In this document: positions 1 through 12,288 of the stretch, one piece after another | Position numbering within the stretch: position 1 is the stretch's first letter | Layout: each line of letters starts with the position of its first letter | Assembly (NCBI GenBank): GCA_951406725.2 | Contig: OX597840.1 | Location: forward strand, 2,046,001 to 2,110,000 | Reading direction: 5' to 3' | Length of the DNA: 64,000 nucleotides | DNA from: Octopus vulgaris | Lineage: Eukaryota | Notes under the pieces: model-generated | Seen by the model: the letters and a program-made list of their open reading frames with translations, nothing else | Told to the model about the DNA's origin: nothing | The model's database searches: none | Made by a program: the position numbers and the translations under genes

Positions 1-368
1 CGACTTTACATCATTGCTTTACACACATCATACAGAGCAGACAGCCGTTAAGACATCATAAAGGAGAATGCAGAATTTATACATCGTTAAAATTTGTTTA
101 ATATATTATTATTCTCATTAAATTCACATTAGATTCCAATCCGGTGTATACTTCTGTTGGTTAAGTGCCCGAATGTTCTTTGATGTTGCATTTATGCGTA
201 TTTAGTTGTTTCAGGTAATTCGGTGCATTTAGCAGATTCGTCTAAGCTAAACTTTCCTATGCTGCTTTCTGCAAAGTTTTGCTCATGCGGGTTGTTGTAT
301 CGAACTGAGGATTCGTGCATTGGAAAGTCGTTCTTAAAATATATTCTAGCTGAGGGATTATGAAAAGC

Positions 369-751
369 TTAGGCTAGAACTGGGTGCTGCTGCATAGTGC
401 CAATGTCTCCAAATTTGCCATCAAGATGTAGGACAAGATACTGTGATAGCCTGGGCTTCAGAGGCCCACAGCTCTTCAATATCCTCCCGAAGAACCTGAG
501 AGACCTGCATGGGGTGGATGCAGATGTCTTTAAAATAAAACTGGGTCTCTTCCTGTTAGGTGTCCCAGATGAACCAACTTCTCGGCAGGAGGTGCAGATG
601 AGGGCAGCTGCATCGAACTCTCTCATGCACCAAATGGCAATTGCTAAAAAGCATTCGTGAAGTAAAATCATATAGCAACACCAAATGGCGGTGCCCCAGC
701 ATGGCCACAGCTCGTGAGCTGAAACTAGATAAAATTAAAAAAAAAAAAAAA
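369..751 (+). mobile_element. 5'-truncated non-LTR retrotransposon 3' end (CR1/L2-group-like)
   Basis: ORF 397-660 (SLGFRGPQLFNILPKNLRDL..VFKIKL..VPDEP) resembles a CR1/L2-group ORF2 C-terminus. It is followed by the tail GGCGGTGCCCCAGCATGGCCACAGCTCGTGAGCTGAAAC and a poly(A). A related copy lies at 57830. Confidence 0.75.
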
Positions 752-814
752 TGGCAATAAAGACTAATTTTAAATACTATATGGCTTTAGTTCAGTTCTG
801 ATTTAAACTTGCGA

Positions 815-1130
815 AGGCGCGTGGCTTAGTGCTTAGGGAAAGCGGCGCACGATCGAAAGGTCGTGAGATTCTGGCAGCTCATTGTGTCCTTGAGCAAGAC
901 TCTTTATTTCAGGTTGGTTCAATCCACTCAGCTGGCAAAAATGTGTTGTACGTCTAATTCAAACGGCCAGCCTCGTCACATTCTGTATGACGCTGAATTT
1001 CCTCGAGAACTACGGTAAGGGTAGGCCTGTCTGTGGAGTATTCAACCACTTACACGTTAAATTCCCGAGCAGGTTTTTCCGTTGATCGGATCAGCTGGAC
1101 AACTCGTCGTCGTAACCGACGGATTGCCAT
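815..1130 (+). mobile_element. diverged tRNA-derived SINE (head related to the 153-bp satellite unit)
   Basis: A-box-like GGCGCGTGGCTTAGTGCTTAGG, then TTGTGTCCTTGAGCAAGAC. Its 3' part is homologous to the tail of the SINE at 2533-2910. Confidence 0.75.
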
Positions 1131-1724
1131 TCGTTTACACTTAGAATGACTTTTGTAGAGTTTAAGGAAATATATTGTTTTATATACTTAGTAGCAGAGA
1201 AACGTTTATTAGGTCAAAATGCATTCACATCAGTGACCAGCCATAATGGGTGGGTGGGTGTAATGGTTCAATATAAGTGGGTAGATTTTAAAGTAGCCGA
1301 AAGAAAGAGGAAATAGATGAAAATAAGGTGTAAATATATATATATCGTTTTAATTTCGGGTATTAAGACCACTGCATAGCATTAATGTTTTATACTTTTT
1401 TAAATATTATTGAATATTAGAAGTGTAATATTGAGCGAATGGAGTAAAGGAAGGTGAAATTCTTGTCATATTTCGTTACAATCAAGGAAAATAATTTTAA
1501 AATTTACAACAAAAATTGCACTTCTTCGAAATTACTTACCGTCCATGACTCACTGGGCAGTGGAAACCACAGTTCTTTATTTTGCAGAGAGTATTCGGAA
1601 TGATTTGAGGTTTAGAACAAGTTGCTTTGATATTACATACTCGGATTGTGATGGTTTAGCTAGCAGTAGAAGGTCTTTAGGTTTTTTTTTTCAATCAAGG
1701 TATCTTTCAGTCAGGTTGATTACC

Positions 1725-1955
1725 CGGGCCAACCTGACTACCTCTCTATCCCTCCCAATCGTCCATTAGTGTTTTTAGGTCGTCAACTTCGCATCCAACA
1801 TATTCTGCAAGCTGTTGTATATACGTCTTCCGTGGTCTTCCAGTAGCTGTTGTACCACGATTTGGTGTCTCCAGTAACACATTACCGACAAATTCTTCCT
1901 TACTTCTCCAGCAGCGGCCAGCAAACCTCAGTCTCCGCTCATGAATGTTGACAGT
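1725..1955 (-). mobile_element. RTE-clade LINE ORF C-terminal fragment
   Basis: Minus strand reads ERRLRFAGRCWRSKEEFVGNVLLETPNRGTTATGRPRKTYIQQLAEYVG, matching the RTE C-terminal pattern RRLRFAGH..GRP..TY.DQL. Confidence 0.75.
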
Positions 1956-2002
1956 CCTTGTTTGTCCCCTCTATGTTTAGCCGCTTGTGGGCAATAAAGA
2001 AA

Positions 2003-2374
2003 TCTCTCTATATATAAACGGCAGTTTGTCTGCGCGTTTTCTGTGTGTCTGTTTTCTCGTACCCTCACTCTGACCACGGCTTACAACCGATTCTGATGAA
2101 ACTTGACACACACATAGCCCAATGTCATAATTCAAAACTAACGCAGCGAAAATTTTGAAAAGTTCCCCCAGTTCTGAAAAAAATCGATAAATTCGACATG
2201 GGGTCGAGAATCAGAAACACAAACCACAGACTGTCTAGGGGACGCAACTCCACCTTTTTTAACTCTCAAAAAAATTTACCATCATTTTTTAGCTATTTTT
2301 TGGCTATAACTCTCTAAAAATGCTTTATTGTTATTTCCCTTACAAACCTGAGCAACGCCGGGCGATACTGCTAG
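2003..2374 (+). mobile_element. non-autonomous Helitron
   Basis: 5' TC, 3' GC-rich subterminal segment ending in CTAG, inserted between A and T. A homologous copy is inverted at 3715-4122. Confidence 0.75.
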
Positions 2375-2532
2375 TTTGAAATAAGAAATGCGAATTTATT
2401 TAATGTACCACAGTAATCATACTGAATAACCAGTTATCGAAACCGTTTCGTTTCATTCCCTCTTCTCTCTTTCTATCTTGACATTTCTCATTCTTTTATA
2501 TGCAATGATTTTCGAAAATATGGGGGGGGGGA

Positions 2533-2910
2533 GCACTCCGTCGGTTACGACGACGAGGGTTCCGGTTGATCCGAATCAACGGAACAGCCTGCTCGTGAAA
2601 TTAACGTGTAAGTGGCTGAGCACTCCACAGACACGTGCACCCTTAACGTAGTTCTCGGGGATATTCGGCGTGACACAGAGAGTGACAAGGCCGGCCCTTT
2701 GAAATACAGGCACAACAGAAACAGGAAGTAAGAGTGAGAGAAAGTTGTGGTGAAAGAGTACAGCAGGGATCACCACCATCCCTGCCGGAGCCTCGTGGAA
2801 CTTTTAGGTGTTTTCGCTCAATAAACACTCACAACGCCCGGTCTGGGAATCGAAACCGCGATCCTATGACCGCGTGTTCGCTGTCCTAACCACTGGGCCA
2901 TTGCGCCTCC
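2533..2910 (-). mobile_element. full-length tRNA-derived SINE (family 1, ~380 bp)
   Basis: A box TGGCCCAGTGG and B box GGTTTCGATTCC on minus strand. Near-identical copies at 15874 and 51262. Flanked by TTTCGAARATAT, a putative TSD. Confidence 0.9.
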
Positions 2911-3714
2911 ACTTTCGAAGATATAATACAGTAACTAACGGTGTTTACATCCATCTCGTTCGAAATGAAACAACAGTGTACCGTTATGGCATTTGAGAAC
3001 GGGAAAAATATGTTGATTTTTGCTGCTGTTTGTCTTCTTTGTAAAGTATTTTGGGACGTCTGCGTATCACAATACTGTCGTACCCTTATCCATTTTTCAC
3101 AAACCACCGAAGAAGATTGGTCGCTCGCATACCTGGTCTGTGTTTAACTTCTTCAAGATTATCAGTGTCATAGTATATTAACCAATTACCTATTTTTCAA
3201 ACGAACGGAAAGTTCCACTGTTGGACAGTATGAAGAAATCAAATCAAAGGATGGATGGATTTTGATACATCGATTCTTGCATCAAAACCCATCTTAAACA
3301 CAAATACGTCTGGATTTCATTTATTCCTCCTTTAGTGATTGAATACGCTTGGTCATTGAACTGTCATAGGTTAAGAAATCTGTATCAGAAATTCAATGTA
3401 GCCCACGCCATAACGCTTTCGAAATAGCAGATATATTGATCTCAAACTACCTTCAAATCTACTCCGAACGCATATATACCTATATAAAGAGCAAGGAAGA
3501 ATTAATGTGGCTAGAAATATTTTCCGATAAACAAGTATTAAAGATGTATTTCCAAACGCAGAACTTTCATGTACACTGTTGTACAATAACCAAGAAATCT
3601 AGTATGACCTTATTGTACGTTAAAATTATTATTATATCTAATGTTGTGAGAAGGTCAGTAATTTTAAGTGGTGTAATTCGAATACATCGACCCTTACCTC
3701 TCGATTAGTAATTA

Positions 3715-4122
3715 CTAGCAGCATAGCCTGGCGTTGCCCGAGTATGTAAGAGCCCCTAGTAGGCAACGACTAATCCTAATCTAGTTCTTTCCCTCCAAGG
3801 AACGAAGGCGCATGTGTAGGTGGCAATGTCTTCTCTTCACTCGAATACTTCTATGTATACGATGTTCCTAGCTGTCTCCCGACAGAAAATGTGTTGCATA
3901 TAAAAAGCTTAGATTCTCGACCCCATGTCGAATTTATCGATTATTTTCAGAACTGGGGGAACTTTTCAAAATTTTCGCTGCGTTAGTTTTGAATTATCAC
4001 ATTGGGCTATGAGTGTGTCAAGTTTCATCAGAATCGGTTGAAAGCCGTGGTCAGAGTGAGGATACAACCTGACAAACACACAGACACACAGACAGACAAA
4101 CTGCCGTTTATATATATAGAGA
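3715..4122 (-). mobile_element. non-autonomous Helitron (second copy, inside an old SINE)
   Basis: Reverse-complement homology to 2003-2374, with TC...CTAG termini. Confidence 0.7.
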
Positions 4123-4436
4123 TATAACCGACCCGAAAAGATGAAAGGCAAAGTCGTCTTCGGTGGAAATTTGAACTCAGATTATAACAAACGAATATAT
4201 ATGCTGCTATGCATTTTATCCGACGAACTAAGGTCTAGACGAATTCAGCACAAAACAAAGTTTATCTTCCAATGTTTTCTTACTGCAAGAGAGCAGTGCG
4301 TATCCTCATAAGGAAACATGTAAATTCCTCTTAAGAGGCAGTAAAAGAGGACTGTGGTTCGTTGCCAAACCAACAGCTTAAACGAAGTTACACACAAGAA
4401 ATACCCGACAAGTTTTGGTCTTGGCCAGTAATTTTA

Positions 4437-4672
4437 AGGAGCGGGTAAGTCGATTACATCGACTGCCAGTGGTCAACTGGTACTTAATTATTTTGGAACA
4501 GGGTCCACAATTTCATTGATCCCAGTATTCAACTGGTACTTATTTTATTGACCCCCGAAAGGATAAACGGTAAGGTCAACCTCGGAAGAACTGAAAATCA
4601 GAAGTTGAAGACGGACGAAATAATTTCTAAGTGTTTATGCAGGCGTGTTACGATTCGGCCAGACCACTGCCT
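4437..4672 (-). mobile_element. diverged SINE family 3
   Basis: Homologous to 36645-36873 (GTCGATTACATCGAC...CAACTGGTACTT...CCCGAAAGGAT). Confidence 0.65.
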
Positions 4673-4851
4673 TAGAAATTATCATATATATTGCCATTAA
4701 GTACCGTGCTAGAATCGGGTTTAATATCTATTTGCGAACACACAGAAATAAAATGCCTCCCAGTATAGTACGGGAATTACCAAAGCGCCTAATGATTTGG
4801 GCTTCATAGAACGAACCTGTCTCAGACAGAGATAAAAACATAGACATATGT

Positions 4852-4998
4852 GCAAGAGTGGCTGTCTGGAAAGAAGCTTGCGACCTAACGACGTGGTTCC
4901 GGGTTCAGTCCCACAACATGATACCTTGTGCAAGTAGCCTTGGGCTGACCAAAGACTTGTGAATGGATTTGGTAGAGGGAAACTGAAAGACGCCCGTC

Positions 4999-5044
<46 letters not shown>

Positions 5045-5398
5045 ATATATATATTTGTATATATATATATATTTGTAAAAAATGAAGTTCGAAAATGCTG
5101 CTGTATTATACAATTTTTAATTTTTATATATACATTATAACATGTTTCAGTTCCTGAAATGAACCTTACCAAAAAAAGTTATATATAAAAAAAGACAGCT
5201 CATGCCGTCAAACACAAGAAATTCATATATAATACACAACGGAGTCAGACATCTTAGAGTTCATGTATAGTTGATATATAGTTTGAAGTATATGTTTGAA
5301 GTATATTTCAAAGTGTTCGATGCAGTGGCCCACGGTGGCGATACGTATTCAATACAAAAAACAGATCAAAGTGGTGGAAAGCGGTCAATACAGAAGAT

Positions 5399-5448
<50 letters not shown>

Positions 5449-5650
5449 TCTCCCCACCACCAACGTCGCTTCACAACCGATGCTGGTGCGTTTACGTCCC
5501 CGTAACTTAGCAGTTCGGCAAAAGAGACCGCTAGAATACATACTAGGCTTACAAAGGATAAGTCCTGGGGTAGATTTGCTCGACTAAAAAGGCGGTGCTC
5601 CAGCATAGCGACAGTCAAATGACTGAAACAAGAAAAAGAGTGAAAGAGTA
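4852..5650 (+). mobile_element. SINE family 2, split by microsatellite and inserts
   Basis: 5' half at 4852-5001 and 3' half at 5445-5650, both homologous to 24350-24762. Confidence 0.75.
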
Positions 5651-5802
5651 ACCCTTAAAAAAAAAAACGGAGACTAAATTAACCTGTTCAGGACTTGAAC
5701 TCAGAGCATAAGGAAAAAAATAAATAAAAACTCTGCTACGCACATTGACCAATGCGCTGACGATTGCTGCAACTTCAACCCCTAGATAATATTTTCAATG
5801 GA

Positions 5803-5843
5803 CACGTGATCTTAGACAGTTTATTATGATGACGTCATAATAA
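5803..5843. promoter_or_regulatory. E-box (CACGTG) and CRE (TGACGTCA) upstream of the orphan gene
   Basis: CACGTG at 5803-5808. TGACGTCA at 5830-5837 within the near-palindrome TTATTATGATGACGTCATAATAA, about 140 bp upstream of the ATG. Confidence 0.35.
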
Positions 5844-5975
5844 CAAATTGAGATAAACAAAAAAAATCCATTGCGATTTTGCAGCTTCTTTGACGATAGC
5901 TTCTTGTGGGTAACTCTTGCAATTTATCCCTTTGCGTTAATAAATTTACTAATTATTAATTTTGTTTCTTCAAAA

Positions 5976-6174
5976 ATGACAGCTAACGTTACCAACCATG
6001 GTTTCCTCGCACGTCTGCATGCAAGAGCCAAGCGAATTCTTGAAGCTATAGGCCCTTGTTTCAAGAAACCTGAAACAGATGAAGATGCACCTGAAAATGA
6101 CATAGAGGTTTCCTCGATGACATCAACATCAGAGGGATCCAATCTGAATCAATCCGCTGCCAAAGATAGAGAAG
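5976..6174 (+). CDS. orphan gene coding exon 1 (MTANVTNHGFLARLHARAKRILEAIGPCFKKPETDEDAPEND...AKDRE)
   Basis: AAAAATG start context, non-repetitive ORF, strong donor AAG|GTGAGT, phase 1. A paralogous copy starts at 30059. Confidence 0.7.
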
Positions 6175-6209
6175 GTGAGTTTAGATGCATGTGTTTCCGT
6201 GTGTGCATG

Positions 6210-6299
<90 letters not shown>

Positions 6300-6304
<5 letters not shown>

Positions 6305-6640
6305 GTTGTATACTGTCAATCTAACACGAACGTGACAGTCGGTGGGTGTACACCACCGCTGTATAGCCCTAGGAAGCATCGACGCCTCCTGATGGCTTTG
6401 ACACATTTTTCCCTGTGTCCTTATATACATTTACGAAGAGGAGACAAACACCCCCGGCCGCCGGAGCTGCATCTAGGGACACGTGTTTCAGGATCAGTGT
6501 CCCCTTCGTAAATGTATATAAGGACACAGGGAAAATGTGTCAAAGCCATCAGGACGCGTCGATGCTTCCTAGGGCTATACAGCGGTGGTGTACCCCCGCT
6601 ACTGTCACGTTCGTGTTAGATTGACAGTATACAAACATTC
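6300..6640. repeat. long inverted repeat (arms 6300-6438 / 6504-6640)
   Basis: Arms of ~138 bp are near-perfect reverse complements around a 65-nt loop. Confidence 0.9.
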
Positions 6641-6692
6641 TATATCCCCACCACCGTACATGTCTCTACGAGAGATTTAGAAACTTAGTATT

Positions 6693-6756
<64 letters not shown>

Positions 6757-6758
<2 letters not shown>

Positions 6759-7073
6759 AAATAAAAAAATGGAGAATACATCCAAATCAAATATCAACTA
6801 CTAGATAATACCCAATCACATACTTTATTAAACCACCACATAAGAAACTTTAAGGTCAAACATAATAATATATGACTATATTTATTTATATTTATATTCT
6901 CTTATACATATTGTACTTATTGTATCATATTACTCCTTTTTGTACACTGTTTTGTTCTATATTATTATGTTTGACCTTAAAGTTTCTTATGTGGTGGTTT
7001 AATAAAGTATGTGATTGGGTATTATCTAGAAATTGATATTTGATTTGGATGTATTTCTCCATTTTCTTATTTT
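6757..7073. repeat. inverted repeat (arms ~6757-6870 / ~6958-7073)
   Basis: AT-rich arms of ~113 bp are reverse-complementary, adjacent to (TA)n. Confidence 0.85.
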
Positions 7074-7261
7074 GTATTATGAATTTGTGGTAAAACATTT
7101 TACCTTTGCCCATATAATACAGTAAATGAATTAATTGCATCGCATTTCTTAACATTTATGTATTAACTCTGTTGGGTACTTCACTAGCAGTATATTGGAT
7201 ATATGTTATCCCATGGAGGGTTACATTTACAACCCCTATCTCAATTTGTATATATATATAA

Positions 7262-7307
<46 letters not shown>

Positions 7308-7617
7308 TTATAAATATATATTTGCACATATATATACATATATAAATATAAAAATATTCTATTATTACTATTGATATACACACATATATATATAGTATAT
7401 ATATTCTCGAATGCATCTATGCATGAATGCTTATATATTTATAATTATATATACTCTATATGTGTTTGTGTGTATAAATTGTTAGACATATACATGTGCT
7501 TGTATGTATGTTTATGTGTATGTATCTATGTATGTATGTACGTATGTAAGTATTTATGTATGTACATATGTACGTATGTATGTATACCTATTATATTTGT
7601 TATTTTCTCTTCAACAG

Positions 7618-7665
7618 ATACAAATTCCGAGCATTCAGAATTATCTGATGAAACACATATAAGAT
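7618..7665 (+). CDS. orphan gene exon 2 (48 nt, DTNSEHSELSDETHIR)
   Basis: TTTTCTCTTCAACAG acceptor, GTAAGA donor, phase 1-1. Paralogous copy near 25245. Confidence 0.7.
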
Positions 7666-7849
7666 GTAAGATATATCGACTAGCCTTTATAAATTTTCTT
7701 TATCAGTGTCATTTATTGGGGTCTGATATCTGCAGTATACCCGTATTACACACACACACACACACACATACAGACACATACACACAAACGCTCACAAACA
7801 TACAAATACGCACATACACACACGAACACTGACACTCATATATATATAT

Positions 7850-8070
7850 GTGATCTCTTGAGGAACAACCAGCAAAAATATTTTTTCCTCTGTCTTCCCT
7901 TCTTGGGATCTTTCCTTCTCCTTGTTTCCGACGAAGAGCTCCGCTCGAAACGTTAAACTCTCCTTCCCTTCTTTCCTGAGCGTCAATAATACTTTAATTG
8001 TTCCACGTCCTCGCGTTGCTGTGTTTTTCTCTTTTTTCCTCTTTTTTTCTGTGTTTTCTTGTTTGGATTA

Positions 8071-8073
<3 letters not shown>
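7850..8073 (+). mobile_element. short microsatellite-inserted element, family A, with hammerhead-like motif at 7924-7958
   Basis: GTTT-CCGACGA-A-GAGC(TCC)GCTC-GAAA-CGTT-AAAC. Other copies at 28066, 37484 and 49965(-). Confidence 0.75.
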
Positions 8074-8137
<64 letters not shown>

Positions 8138-8409
8138 ATACTTAGCAGCAGTAAGGAAGTGCCTGAAGATCCGAGACATGCACTACCACACATAAATGGC
8201 ACTCGTGTTCCTACGAATCTTGCTACAATAACTTTTCTATCTCTGTGCGAGAAAGAGAGCTGATGTTCGTAGAACTGTATGTGCGTGTGCATGTATATGT
8301 GTGCGTGTCTGTGTATGTGAGTGTGTGTGATTGACGAGTATGTACAACTGTACACCTGAGTGTGTAAGGCATTGTGATAATTTATTTGTTCTTTTATTTC
8401 TCTTATCAG

Positions 8410-8457
8410 ACCGTTCGGACGATTCCTCAGACGGACGTGGCCAAGCATATCTTGATG
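8410..8457 (+). CDS. orphan gene exon 3 (48 nt, YRSDDSSDGRGQAYLD)
   Basis: TTTTATTTCTCTTATCAG acceptor, G|GTGAGT donor, phase 1-1, in frame. Confidence 0.7.
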
Positions 8458-8648
8458 GTGAGTTCTGTTGTAACGTATGTATTTGCTAGTGTCTCAATTG
8501 CATCCGTCAGTTTTTACAGCTTTGCGACTTCTCATCACCCCACGAACATATATGTATACATACACACACAGGACACACTTCTGTTATACACGTACACATG
8601 TATAACTGTGTATATATATATGTATATATATGTATATATATATATATT

Positions 8649-8852
8649 TGTTGATTCGCTAGCCTCTGCATGGATTTTGTTCTTCCTTGTTTCTCTCCGT
8701 GTTTCTTTTCTGTGTATCTTTCTGTTGAAGAGCGTAGGCTCGAAACGTAAAAGACTTGTTTTATTTATATTCCTGAGCGCCATACTAATACAATTGTTTG
8801 TTTGTATTCCACCTGCCTTCGTCTTTTGTTTATTTTCATAAAACTTCCTGTT
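8649..8852 (+). mobile_element. family B element with hammerhead-like motif at 8717-8754
   Basis: TCTTT-CTGTTGA-A-GAGC(GTAG)GCTC-GAAA-CGTA-AAAGA. Other copies at 9890(-), 31779, 45977 and 47370, plus a 3' part at 59881. Confidence 0.75.
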
Positions 8853-8863
8853 ATATATATATA

Positions 8864-8896
<33 letters not shown>

Positions 8897-8959
8897 CTGT
8901 GTGTATATATATTTTTTTAATTCGGCGGTACTGACGTTGAATATGATCTGTCTGATACT

Positions 8960-9298
8960 GTTAGTTGGAGAGATATGTTCAATTCTTCCAGTGCCTTTGA
9001 ATTTAATATTTTTAATATTTAATATTGTGAAGTCCCATGCTGATGTAGAAAATGTTCGGGTAAAGTATAAATTACACATTCTTTATACCGATCTAATTCC
9101 GAAACGCGTACATTGGTAATCAAATATCGATTGATTTTCGTTATTTTTCCTCTCTGTCTTCGTGGATTGTTTTCGAGTAATTTGTTTTTCCGGGAGTCGC
9201 ATTTTAAAGTAGAGGAAATAGCGAAGGTTCTTTGGCTGCTATTTCTAAACTTCGGTATGTGGTTAAGCAAATCTTTAGCTGAACCCTATTATAAAGTA
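8960..9298 (+). mobile_element. family D element with long-stem-II hammerhead-like motif at 9034-9116
   Basis: Homologous to 36878-37205. CTGATG...TTCC-GAAA-CGCG-TA. Confidence 0.6.
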
Positions 9299-9366
9299 TG
9301 TATATATATATATATATATATATATACACAAAACAAGCACATACTTATATATGTGCGTGTGCGTGT

Positions 9367-9540
9367 GAAGGCGCAATGGTCCAGTGGTTAAGGAAGCAGA
9401 GTCGCGGTTGTAGAATCGCGGTTTCGATTCCCAGACCGGGCGTTGTGTGGGGTTATTGAGCGTTAACCCTTCAAGCCTCACGAGGCTCCGGCAGGGAGTG
9501 GTTCCGAACCCTGCAGTACTCTTTCACCACAACTTCTCAC
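9367..9540 (+). mobile_element. SINE family 1, 5' fragment
   Basis: A and B boxes, homologous to 2533-2910. Confidence 0.8.
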
Positions 9541-9889
9541 ATGTTTGGCCTCTTTATCCTCAGCCGTGTAGTCCCCTTCTCTGTAGATCTATGATGGCAG
9601 ATAATGCCTTCCTCTTTAGTACCCTCTTCAATCCAGACCCATTCAGAAAAACGTGAAGCGAACGCTTCACAAATTGCCAGTATGTATGTGTGCACGTATG
9701 AATGTATGTACGTATGTATGTATGTATGTATGTATGTATGTATATCATTATTCAGCTTATGTCAAGATTTCTTGCCAATAGTGTATGAACCGGTTTCTAA
9801 CCGAGATCCAAGGGTCCTTCATTGGAATTTCAACATCATAATTTTTGTATGTAAGTATGTATGTATGTATGTATGTATGTACGTACGTA

Positions 9890-10040
9890 GGAGAGTTTAC
9901 GAAAAAAAAAAGACGAAGACAGTTGGTCTACAAAACAAACAGATGTATTAGTATAACGCTCAGAAATAGAAAAAGTATTTTATGTTTCGAGCCTACGCTC
10001 TTCTACAGAAAGGGACAGAAAACAAGGAGAGAAAAAAATG
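9890..10040 (-). mobile_element. family B element (hammerhead-like motif ~9977-10012, core CTGTAGA)
   Basis: Reverse-complement homology to 8649-8852. Confidence 0.7.
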
Positions 10041-10379
10041 TGTGGTGTGGCTAACGATCTATCATGGCGACTATGTATGTATGTATGTATGTATGTATGT
10101 ATATATGTATGCATGTATGTATGTATGTATGTAAGTATGTATGTATGTATGTATGTATGCATGCATGTATGTATGTATGTATGTATGTATGTAGGTATGT
10201 ATGTATGTATGTATGTGCAGGTTTGTAAGTTTTATGTATGTATCCTCATGAATATAGTTGCATATTAGGACATGTATGTATCTGTGTGTAGGTGTGTAGG
10301 TATGTATGTATGTATATATAGTTGTATATTTGTTTGTTTGTATTGGTGGACTAATAATTATTATATTGTATCTTTTCAG

Positions 10380-10442
10380 ACATTTTCCCGGCAATAGCTA
10401 CTGTGCATTCCTCAGCGATGTTTATACCAAGAAATACTCAGA
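10380..10442 (+). CDS. orphan gene exon 4 (63 nt, DIFPAIATVHSSAMFIPRNTQ)
   Basis: TGTATCTTTTCAG acceptor, A|GTTAGT donor, phase 1-1. Confidence 0.6.
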
Positions 10443-10757
10443 GTTAGTTATGATAAACATCATTGTTTCTTCATTCATACAGTATATACTCTCTCTCTCT
10501 TTCCCTCTTCCTCTCTCTCTCCCTCTCCTTCATTCTTCTTTTCTCTCTCCCTCTCTTTCACTCTTCCTCCCTCAATCACTCTCTTTCTCTCCCTCTCTCT
10601 ATCTCTATCTCTCTCTCTCACACACACAAGTACACGCGAGCACACACAGAATTGTTGTATACACAAATATTCAAAATATATTTCCTTACACATATATATA
10701 TGCATACCATTAAACTTCAGTTGCATTGCTCTTAATTCCGTGTTTCTCTCTTATCAG

Positions 10758-10820
10758 ACTCATCCTTTGTAGAGTCAACTGCTGATGACTCCCACCTTGC
10801 CGTACAACCTTTTAACGGAA
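10758..10820 (+). CDS. orphan gene exon 5 (63 nt, NSSFVESTADDSHLAVQPFNG)
   Basis: TTTCTCTCTTATCAG acceptor, A|GTAAGT donor, phase 1-1. Confidence 0.7.
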
Positions 10821-10925
10821 GTAAGTGACTCCTTGCATGTCCTCTCCTCTTTTTCCTTTTAAAACATATCTGTTTTTATTTTTTTTAAATGGTAGTCAAT
10901 GATAGGAATATAAAATACACACACG

Positions 10926-10983
<58 letters not shown>

Positions 10984-11011
10984 GTATATATATATATCCA
11001 TATATATATAT

Positions 11012-11049
<38 letters not shown>

Positions 11050-11079
11050 ATATATATATATATACACATATACATATAC

Positions 11080-11175
<96 letters not shown>

Positions 11176-11178
<3 letters not shown>

Positions 11179-11586
11179 TTATATTATATTAAATTAGAGA
11201 CAAAACAACTATTAGGCAAATCAAACAATGAAAAACTTAATACATAATAAAACTTTAAACATAATACATAATATTGTTTAAACCTCGCCAAGTTAAATAT
11301 TTAAACTACCTGATGAATGACTGCGACTCAAAAATTTGAAGATGTTAGCAGGCATGAAACGATCGTAGTGTGATATTAATTATATTTTTTTAATAATTTT
11401 GTTATATATTTAAATAATATAAATTAAATAATCTTTTGTATTGGATTAAGTTTTTCATTGTTTGATTTGCCTAATAGTGGTTTTGTCTCTAATTTAATAT
11501 AATATAATATTTTACTATAAAATTGTATTCAATCCTAAATCTGATTTTTCCCTGTAAGTTTGGATTTATTCCCTAATATTTATTAT
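11176..11586 (+). mobile_element. Penelope-like non-autonomous element with inverted repeats, inserted in (TA)n
   Basis: Inverted arms at 11176-11241 / 11445-11510 enclose a canonical-core hammerhead motif. Confidence 0.6.
11305..11369 (+). ncRNA. type I hammerhead ribozyme motif, canonical core
   Basis: ACTAC-CTGATGA-ATGaCTGC..GCAGgCAT-GAAA-CGA-TC-GTAGT. Stem I has 5 bp, stem II has 7 bp, triplet AUC. Confidence 0.75.
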
Positions 11587-11587
11587 G

Positions 11588-11630
<43 letters not shown>

Positions 11631-12288
11631 CAAAAGAAAAACAGGATGCAAAGGATTTAGCGGTACATATGTTTCTGGCTTTATTGGACAATTTATATCA
11701 ATGCATAATTGATGTAACATTTATGTCAATAGCCTTCTTCAGCCGCGCACAATTACCACACCAAAGACATGTATTACATTATAGCCGGTTTGAGAAGAAG
11801 TTTGGGAAAAAGACGAGTTTCGTTGGGGATGCAAATCCTCACAGTCGTATACAGCAGAGCGAGACACCAAAACAAAACGTCCATATCGTTGTTTCACTCG
11901 ATATAGAATGAGGATGTTGGATGTTGAGATGAAGAGGGAAGGGGTGGAAGGGTGTGAATCTTTAATTAGTTTGGGTTCACGAAGAGGAAAAATAGTAAGT
12001 GCAAAATGTAATAAAGGAGTAAAAACGTAAAGAAAGAGTAAAATTGTAAAAAAGTAAAAAAATAAGTATATAAGTATATAAAGATACAAAGGATGTCGTA
12101 TGTCTGGTCTATATATATATATGCTCCCGAAACATTTGTCGAGTGTCCCAACCAAGAGAAATCGATTCTAGATTAGTTCAAACAATTGTAAGTAATAATA
12201 AATTCACGTACATTCCATCGTCTGTCTTTCATTTCTCGCACTCTCTCTCACTGTATATATATATATATATGTATGTATGTATGTATAC

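Noticed and set aside
2576-2828. Repeated ORFs MVVIPAVLFHH../MFIERKH.. (also at 15916 and 51304)
   Set aside because: They are chance ORFs inside SINE family 1 copies.
7645-7654. CTGATGAAAC as a hammerhead core (also at 2094, 10782, 25271 and 44231)
   Set aside because: No stem II or stem I pairing. These lie in exons, a Helitron or unstructured sequence.
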